A DNA stretch of 64,000 bases from Candidatus Magasanikiibacteriota bacterium (GTDB taxonomy: Bacteria > Patescibacteriota > Patescibacteriia > Magasanikbacterales > GWA2-37-8). The DNA is taken from NCBI GenBank assembly GCA_041665405.1, contig JBAYIZ010000005.1, positions 2,513-66,512 on the forward strand. The letters run 5' to 3'. The notes below the pieces were generated by a model. That model searched no databases and had not been told where the DNA came from. It worked only from the letters and a program-made list of their open reading frames with translations. How positions within the stretch are numbered: position 1 is the stretch's first letter; each line of letters opens with the position of its first letter. This document shows positions 57,501-64,000 of the stretch, piece after piece. A program made the position numbers and the translations under genes.

Positions 57501-59324
57501 TTATTCTACAGTTACACTCTTTGCTAAATTACGCGGACGATCGACATCTTTTCCCAAAATTACGGCCATATGATAAGCAAACAACTGCAATACGATAGTA
57601 TTCAACAATGGTTCAAGTAATTCCATTGTTGTTGGTACATAAATAACATCTTCCGATAATTCTTTTGCTTCCTCATCTCCTTGCGTCGCGATCAAAATCA
57701 CTGGCGCTTTTCGCGCTAAAATTTCTTCTACGTTACTGCGCATTTTTTCATATAATTGATTTTTTGTCATAATCGCTAACACTGGAAAATCTGGCGCAAG
57801 CAATGCTATCGGACCATGTTTCATTTCACCACCTGGATATGCTTCACAATGTATATAAGAAATTTCTTTTAATTTTAATGCCCCCTCTAAAGCTACGGGG
57901 CAATTTATTCCTCTACCTAAATATATACAATTCTTATAATTTTTATATTTCTCCGCTAATGCTTTTATTTTTTCATTTTGTTCCAAAACTATTTTCATTT
58001 TATCAGGTATCTCCAATAAAGCATTTAGTAATCTTCCACCGGTAGCCACACTCACTCGATTGAGACGTCCAAATTGTAAAGCATACAAAATCAAAACAGC
58101 CACCATGTTGGTATAAGCTTTGGAAGAAGCTACCGCCAATTCTGGACCAGCATGGATATACGTACCGCCATCAGTTTCACGAGCGATAGTTGATCCGACC
58201 ACATTCACTATACCACGCACAAACGCTCCTTTGCGTTTTGCTTCGCGCAAAGCCGCCAAAGTATCGGCGGTCTCACCAGATTGGGAAATCGCAAACACCA
58301 ATGTGTGTTTATCAATAATCGGGTCGCGATAACGAAACTCACTAGCCACGTCTGCTTCTGTAGGCAAACCAGCCAAACGTTCAAAAGCATATTTTCCAAC
58401 CATACCAGCGTAATATGCCGTACCACAAGCCAGCATTACCACTCGTTTTACTTGATGCATCTGTTCATCAGTCATATTCAAACCGCCCAAATGAGCAGTG
58501 CCTTCTTCAAGACTATAACGTCCACGAATTGCATCTTTGATAACTGTCGGCTGATCAAAAATTTCTTTCAACATAAAATGATCAAACCCTTGCTTCTCTG
58601 CCTGAGCTTCATCCCATTCTATTTTTTCAATACTTTTATCTATTACTTTATGTTCAACATTATAAATTTTTAATGCATCTGGTGTTATTTCTGCCACTTC
58701 ACCATCATCCAAAAATACAACATTTTTTGTATGTGCCAACATTGGTGATGTATCCGAGGCAATATAATATTCATTTTCTCCCACCCCAATAACCAAAGGG
58801 CTACCCAAACGAGCGGCAATAATTTTGTGTGGTTCACCTGCATGCATCGCCACCAAACCATAAGTACCGCGCACTTCACCGAGAGCTTTTTGTACCGCCT
58901 TTAACAAATCACCTTCATAAAAAACTTCAATTAGATGCGCCATCACTTCGGTATCTGTTTGAGATCGCAAAGTATGCCCCTTCAAAAATTTTTCTTTCAA
59001 CTCACGATAATTTTCAATAATACCATTGTGACAAATCACCAAATCATCATTGCAAGCGGTATGTGGATGAGCATTTTCTTCAGTCACACCTCCGTGCGTA
59101 GCCCAGCGAGTATGGGCTATTCCGATCTGTCCGATTAAATCAGCTGTTTTCACTTTTTCGGCCAATGAATCTATTTTACCTACTGCCCGAATTTTTTTCA
59201 TTTTTCCTGCACTAATAATCGCTACTCCAGCGCTATCATACCCGCGATATTCCAAACGTCTCAAACCACTAATCAAAATCGGTAGTGCTTGTTTTTGTCC
59301 AATATATCCAACAATTCCGCACAT
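57501..59324 (-). CDS. glmS: glutamine--fructose-6-phosphate aminotransferase
   Basis: 'MCGIVG', 'HTRWATHG', 'SQSGET', 'PRNLAKSVTVE'. Confidence 0.98.
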   Translation of the reverse strand: MCGIVGYIGQKQALPILISGLRRLEYRGYDSAGVAIISAGKMKKIRAVGKIDSLAEKVKTADLIGQIGIAHTRWATHGGVTEENAHPHTACNDDLVICHNGIIENYRELKEKFLKGHTLRSQTDTEVMAHLIEVFYEGDLLKAVQKALGEVRGTYGLVAMHAGEPHKIIAARLGSPLVIGVGENEYYIASDTSPMLAHTKNVVFLDDGEVAEITPDALKIYNVEHKVIDKSIEKIEWDEAQAEKQGFDHFMLKEIFDQPTVIKDAIRGRYSLEEGTAHLGGLNMTDEQMHQVKRVVMLACGTAYYAGMVGKYAFERLAGLPTEADVASEFRYRDPIIDKHTLVFAISQSGETADTLAALREAKRKGAFVRGIVNVVGSTIARETDGGTYIHAGPELAVASSKAYTNMVAVLILYALQFGRLNRVSVATGGRLLNALLEIPDKMKIVLEQNEKIKALAEKYKNYKNCIYLGRGINCPVALEGALKLKEISYIHCEAYPGGEMKHGPIALLAPDFPVLAIMTKNQLYEKMRSNVEEILARKAPVILIATQGDEEAKELSEDVIYVPTTMELLEPLLNTIVLQLFAYHMAVILGKDVDRPRNLAKSVTVE

Positions 59325-59325
59325 A

Positions 59326-60108
59326 TTATTTTTTTGTTATTCTTAAAGTGGTATAAAAAGAATTTTCAAGTTTTATTCGTTTTATTTCACAAACTTCCGA
59401 TAACTGCTCAATTATTTTTTTTAAACCTTCAGGCTGATAAATAGATTCTTTAATTTTGTCACCAAGATTTATGGCATAATTCCCAAATGGAAATATTGTA
59501 GCCACACCACCAGGCTTTAATTTCGCAACTATAGTATATAAATATTTTTCCAATTTACCTATATCGCCATCCAACCCATAATGCTGTTCTCCATATGTAT
59601 CTGTAATAAGATCAAACTCTTCTTTTGGTTTACCCTCTTCATCAGTCTTATTTAATTGAAAAACAGAATGCATTTTACTATCATCGGGATGAAGTTCTGT
59701 TTTTATTAGTCCAGCATGCGGTATAGCATATTGTTTTTTTACCATATTACCCCTCATCTTCTCTGCGACATTATGTGATAGGCCAGTTGAAATAACTTTT
59801 ACCTTTGAACCAAATTCGGCCCGGAGTTGATCGCTAAACAAATGCATACCACCGCCCAAATCCAAAACCATTGCAGGGTTTTTTCTAGTAGAATTTTTTC
59901 TTTCAATCACATCACCTACAAAAGAAACCAAATCCATACCATGAATTACATTCAGATCGTAAAAACCAATTGAGTCAGCAAATCTTTCCATGACATAGGC
60001 GGGCCGTCCAATTCGTCTAATATTATCTTCTTCCAATTTTACTCCTTCTCTCCAACCTTCTATCTGCTGTGCATACTCTGGTGGCGTTAAAAATGGTGAC
60101 TCTGACAT
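59326..60108 (-). CDS. hypothetical protein with SAM-methyltransferase-like motifs
   Basis: 'VLDLGGG', 'FDLI', 'LKPGG'. Confidence 0.6.
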   Translation of the reverse strand: MSESPFLTPPEYAQQIEGWREGVKLEEDNIRRIGRPAYVMERFADSIGFYDLNVIHGMDLVSFVGDVIERKNSTRKNPAMVLDLGGGMHLFSDQLRAEFGSKVKVISTGLSHNVAEKMRGNMVKKQYAIPHAGLIKTELHPDDSKMHSVFQLNKTDEEGKPKEEFDLITDTYGEQHYGLDGDIGKLEKYLYTIVAKLKPGGVATIFPFGNYAINLGDKIKESIYQPEGLKKIIEQLSEVCEIKRIKLENSFYTTLRITKK

Positions 60109-60113
60109 ATTTG

Positions 60114-60581
60114 TTATTTTAAAATATTTTTTATTTCTTCCCAGTTGGATTTTTTACCCAATTTGTCTTCTAATGTTGTATACAAATCTTTGGTCGATAC
60201 AATATTTTTTTCTTCCAAAATTTTAGCCAACAATGTTAAGAAAAAAATATTTAAATTTTGTGGATTTATTTTTTTATTTTCAATTTCACTTTTAAAATCA
60301 CTGACATCCAACAATATACCACTACCTAAATACTGTTTAGCGCGCTCACGGGCTTGATCAGACATAACTACCAGAACATCTGGAGTAGAAAATTTGGGAT
60401 AACCAATTTTTTCATCCGAAATTTGAATAAAAGCCAAAGACACCCCACCACGTTGTTCCAAACCATAATTGGGAATATGTGAAACCTGATAATCTTTTTT
60501 GAAGGCAGTTTTACAAATGAGATCAGCAATGGTCTGAACCCCCTGGCCACCATCACCAGCGATTAAAATTTTTAAAATCAT
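60114..60581 (-). CDS. 2-oxoacid:ferredoxin oxidoreductase gamma subunit
   Basis: 'AGDGGQG', 'YGLEQRGG'. Confidence 0.9.
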   Translation of the reverse strand: MILKILIAGDGGQGVQTIADLICKTAFKKDYQVSHIPNYGLEQRGGVSLAFIQISDEKIGYPKFSTPDVLVVMSDQARERAKQYLGSGILLDVSDFKSEIENKKINPQNLNIFFLTLLAKILEEKNIVSTKDLYTTLEDKLGKKSNWEEIKNILK

Positions 60582-61252
60582 ATAATACCAAGTTTAAAAG
60601 TTTCTTTTAATTCATTTAGATGCGCAATGGTGTCTGCTCCTTTGGTTTTCCAATGAGTGGGACAAAAAGACATTATTTCTACCATAGAGAAATGTCCCGC
60701 CTGTTGAGTCTCGAATGCTTTTCTAAAATATTCTTGTATTTGTTTTGGTTCATTCACAGCACTACGAGCAAAAAAGGCATCTTTATGAGCTAAAGGACGG
60801 AAAAATTCTGGCCCAGAAATCGGATTGTCGATATTACCTTCCAAACTGGTGTCGGTTTTTTGTCCGTGCAATGTAGTGGGAGCGGTCTGTCCGCCAGTCA
60901 TACCATATACAGTATTGTTGACCACTATCACGGTAATAGGCTCATCTCTTTTGATGGCATGTGCCAAACTTTGCATACCGATAGCATAGGCGCCACCATC
61001 ACCGGTCATACCAATACAAATGGAATTAGGTCGAGCCCGTTTGAAACCGAGCATCGTGGGCGTGACTCGACCATGGTGTGTCTGAAAAGTATTGATTGGT
61101 AAAAAATTCCAAGCCAATAATGAACAGCCGATATCCAAACCCAAAACAGCACGAGTATTCAAATTCAACTCTTTCAAAATATTATGCATCATCATGAGCA
61201 CGATAGGATAACCACACCCTGGGCAAAATTTTGCGGGAATAAAATCGGTCAT
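60578..61252 (-). CDS. 2-oxoacid:ferredoxin oxidoreductase beta subunit (TPP-binding)
   Basis: 'CPGCG', 'IGCS', 'GDGG', 'YGMTGGQ.APT'. Confidence 0.92.
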   Translation of the reverse strand: MTDFIPAKFCPGCGYPIVLMMMHNILKELNLNTRAVLGLDIGCSLLAWNFLPINTFQTHHGRVTPTMLGFKRARPNSICIGMTGDGGAYAIGMQSLAHAIKRDEPITVIVVNNTVYGMTGGQTAPTTLHGQKTDTSLEGNIDNPISGPEFFRPLAHKDAFFARSAVNEPKQIQEYFRKAFETQQAGHFSMVEIMSFCPTHWKTKGADTIAHLNELKETFKLGII

Positions 61253-62286
61253 AGAGTTATTTTTTCAATTTGATTAATAATTTCCTGTGTCTCTACACCC
61301 AAACCGGCATAATGTAAACTAACCAGTGATTTATCTATTTCTGGAGCTAATTCGTCGCGTACTATTCGAGCCAGTTGTCCCATACTAGATTCGATAACTA
61401 CTACCTTTTTCACCTGGCTGGCGCCAATCACTTTGTCCAACTGTTTCTTGGCAAATGGACGTAAGGTAATTGGTCTAAACATTCCAACCTTAAAACCATC
61501 AATGCGTAATTGTTTAATCGCTTCTTTGGTACTACTACCGACGATGCCGTGGGCGACAATGATAATTTCAGCATCTTCTACTTCAATAGTTTCCGCAGAA
61601 GCTACCTCATCGGCAATATTTTCAAAATCCGCTTTGGCACTATTTAATTCTTCAAAAAGTTCTTCTTCAAAAGTATAAATATTTGGCCAATGAATAATTT
61701 TATCTTCTGGCACCAAAGCATGCGGAGGAATATTTTCAATTTTTTGAAGATTTTCTAAATCTACCACTGCAGTGGTTTTTAAAGTATATCCATCGGTCAA
61801 AACAATGGCTGGAAAACGATACTTCCATGATTCATTGAAAGCCCGTCTAGTCAGTTCATAAAGTTCTTCTAATCCGCAAGGTGAATATACCAACCGCAAG
61901 CCTTCGCCATTTCCACCATAACAAGCCAAAGTAACTTCCTGTTGCGAATAAATGACGGTTCCCGAACTCGGCCCACCACGTTGTGCAGCAATCAGAACAA
62001 ACGGCAGGCGCATCGCCTCGGCCATAGACAAACCATCCTGCATCAATACGTGTCCAGGACCAGAGGTGGCTGTAAAGGCCTTCTGACCAGCCAATACCGC
62101 ACCACAAATAGCAAAACCAGCCGCGATTTCATCTTCCGTCTGTAGATATGGTTGCTTATTTTTTATCCAACCAGTAAACACTTCCGTCGCTGGTGTAATA
62201 GGATAACCATACATCATTTGTGCACCCGCATCTATTGCCGCCTGCACGGCGACTTGTGATCCGCTGATGAATTTTTTTTCAGACAT
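61249..62286 (-). CDS. 2-oxoacid:ferredoxin oxidoreductase alpha subunit
   Basis: 'GYPITP', 'EDEIAA', 'TSGPG', 'RGGPS'. Confidence 0.92.
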   Translation of the reverse strand: MSEKKFISGSQVAVQAAIDAGAQMMYGYPITPATEVFTGWIKNKQPYLQTEDEIAAGFAICGAVLAGQKAFTATSGPGHVLMQDGLSMAEAMRLPFVLIAAQRGGPSSGTVIYSQQEVTLACYGGNGEGLRLVYSPCGLEELYELTRRAFNESWKYRFPAIVLTDGYTLKTTAVVDLENLQKIENIPPHALVPEDKIIHWPNIYTFEEELFEELNSAKADFENIADEVASAETIEVEDAEIIIVAHGIVGSSTKEAIKQLRIDGFKVGMFRPITLRPFAKKQLDKVIGASQVKKVVVIESSMGQLARIVRDELAPEIDKSLVSLHYAGLGVETQEIINQIEKITL

Positions 62287-62290
62287 ATTA

Positions 62291-63037
62291 TTATTTTGAT
62301 TTTAATTTATCTGCCAAATTTAATTCTTCTAAAGTATTTACTCCGTGCCACTCGTTGGCATCGGACAATTTTATTACTTGAAACTTTTGTTTTTCATCGC
62401 GTGCTATAGCTAGTGCTGTCGGAAGTCCATACTCACCCAATTTTCTCAGTTGCGGCATCCGCGGAAAAATGTCTTCAAACCATTGTCGATCAAATACAAA
62501 TGTGCCTGTGCTAATTTCTTTAATTAATTTTTGTTCATCGGTCAAATATTCTTTTTCAATAATTTCAATTTTGTCGTTCTGTCTTACCACTCTTCCTAGT
62601 TGATACGGATTTTCAACTTCGGCACTTAATAGCGACAAAACACAATTATTATTTTCATGTTGCTCTATCACACTTAATAATGTTTCTGGTTTATAAAACG
62701 CGCTATCATCTCCGCCCAATACCAATACCTGTTCAATGTTTTTTGGTAAACTTTTCATACCCAAATAAGTGGCATGGGCGGTACCCAACAATTCATCCTG
62801 CACCACATAAGAAACCTGATCATTAAAATATTTTTGAATTACTTCTTTTTTAAACCCAACCACTAAACAAATTTGATCATTTTTAAAACCAGCATTTTTT
62901 AAGGTTTCTACAACATATGACACAATTGGACGCCCACCAATTTCAAGCATTACTTTTGGTTTGTCCAAACAGTTCAGCCGAGTGCCTTTGCCGGCCGCTA
63001 ATATCACGGTCGCTACATTATTTATGCTCTTCAACAT
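62291..63037 (-). CDS. GlmU-like nucleotidyltransferase (N-terminal domain only)
   Basis: 'ILAAGKGTR', 'LGTAHA', 'GVNT'; no hexapeptide acetyltransferase domain; start uncertain. Confidence 0.82.
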   Translation of the reverse strand: MLKSINNVATVILAAGKGTRLNCLDKPKVMLEIGGRPIVSYVVETLKNAGFKNDQICLVVGFKKEVIQKYFNDQVSYVVQDELLGTAHATYLGMKSLPKNIEQVLVLGGDDSAFYKPETLLSVIEQHENNNCVLSLLSAEVENPYQLGRVVRQNDKIEIIEKEYLTDEQKLIKEISTGTFVFDRQWFEDIFPRMPQLRKLGEYGLPTALAIARDEKQKFQVIKLSDANEWHGVNTLEELNLADKLKSK

Positions 63038-63650
63038 ATTTATAAATACCTAATAAATCATTAAAAAAATTAAAACCAGATTTTATATATTCATCTTGCC
63101 CAAATCGTGAGGATTTTTTTAATACAATTTTTAATATCGGAAATTGCTTGTGCAGATCGATAGATTCTTGCGGCTTGTCGTTTATCAGCCAAACATTTTT
63201 GTCTTTTGTCATAGCCAATAACTGCTCTATAATTTCTGCTTTTGATTTATCAACCATAAAAACCTGATCAAAAAAATCCATTATACCTGCCCCTTCCACC
63301 TTTATTTGCTGAAATGACGGATCTCCCAAACTCAATAACACAACTTGTTCGTTTGATGATTTTATTTTATTTAGGAATGATATTGTGCCACTGAATCTAA
63401 ATTGATCTAGTTTTGAAATAATATTTTGTAATTTTTCTTTAATTTTATTTTTATCAAAACCCATCTCCCCCAAAACTTCTGCATGCCTGTCGGTATGATA
63501 TGCAAACCGTCCATCTGGCAAATGATAAGCCTGCTTATATGATTGCCAAAATACTTCTTCGGAAACACCACATTCACTAGCCGCTTTTAGAAGAGCGCGT
63601 TTGAGAGCTTGCGAATCAAATAGAGTATCATCAAAATCAACTAAAAACAT
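63018..63650 (-). CDS. HAD-superfamily hydrolase
   Basis: 'DFDDTL' motif I; 'NDK'. Confidence 0.85.
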   Translation of the reverse strand: MFLVDFDDTLFDSQALKRALLKAASECGVSEEVFWQSYKQAYHLPDGRFAYHTDRHAEVLGEMGFDKNKIKEKLQNIISKLDQFRFSGTISFLNKIKSSNEQVVLLSLGDPSFQQIKVEGAGIMDFFDQVFMVDKSKAEIIEQLLAMTKDKNVWLINDKPQESIDLHKQFPILKIVLKKSSRFGQDEYIKSGFNFFNDLLGIYKYVEEHK

Positions 63651-63651
63651 A

Positions 63652-64000
63652 TTATTTTAATTTCTCCCACAAGGCATCAAAAATACCTTTCTGCGTTTGA
63701 TAAACACCACTGTTTTCTATTACCACTCCCACCAAATCTCCATGCGTGTCCAGCGAAATATAAGCGGTACAACCAGGATAAATAATAATATAAGTTGGTG
63801 AATCTTTTTTTATTTCCAGCCACTTACGTTCATCCAATCCGCGCAATTCGCCACCGCCACCAATGGCAATCGCTTTTACTTTTATGCCTTTGGCGATGCG
63901 TGCATCCGAAAAAGATTCAAACCCTTCATAAAGATAATCGCGGATAGAAAGATCCGAATACACTCGATATTCCAATTCACCAGTTTCTACACAACGTTCC
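63652..64000 (-). CDS. TrmB-family regulator C-terminal part (truncated by window edge)
   Basis: 'RIAKGIKVK', 'GVVIEN...Q..IFDALW' matches C-termini of the other TrmB proteins in the window. Confidence 0.65.
   Translation of the reverse strand, partial: ERCVETGELEYRVYSDLSIRDYLYEGFESFSDARIAKGIKVKAIAIGGGGELRGLDERKWLEIKKDSPTYIIIYPGCTAYISLDTHGDLVGVVIENSGVYQTQKGIFDALWEKLK

Noticed and set aside
1-64000. Alternative genetic code (UGA read as Gly)
   Set aside because: Conserved genes are full length under code 11 and several end in TGA.
1-64000. Transposase, integrase, reverse transcriptase, prophage or rRNA genes
   Set aside because: No recognisable motifs among the ORFs or intergenic regions.

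Overview
AT-rich chromosomal segment, standard genetic code, most likely from a Patescibacteria/CPR bacterium (Parcubacteria/ABY1-like; inferred from gene content, multiple TrmB regulators, AT-rich SD-poor starts and tRNA-Arg(GCG)). Bases 1-8300 are an accessory region downstream of tRNA-Arg(GCG), divided into units by five copies of a tRNA-3'-end/terminator element; it carries HicAB-like, Fic, nucleotide-enzyme and orphan genes. The rest is mostly housekeeping: LCP, der, pth, dprA, topA, rplA, a dTTP operon, two TrmB-linked ABC importers, gatB, aspA, ruvA, a double ATP-grasp/GNAT pair, ileS with a T-box, pentose-phosphate genes, a three-gene ATP-citrate lyase, yvcK-glmS, 2-oxoacid:ferredoxin oxidoreductase and a GlmU-like transferase. 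The most unusual signals are non-coding: (i) a 129-nt element present twice 41 kb apart with compensatory base changes; (ii) a ~175-nt structured element shared by the 3' ends of two unrelated GC-rich genes; (iii) four solitary GC-rich genes with SD motifs and structured UTRs in AT-rich context; (iv) the tRNA-anchored cassette array with no integrase in view; (v) an actinobacterial-type ultrashort ileS T-box. All calls are from reading the sequence and recalled motifs; no searches or folding programs were run.
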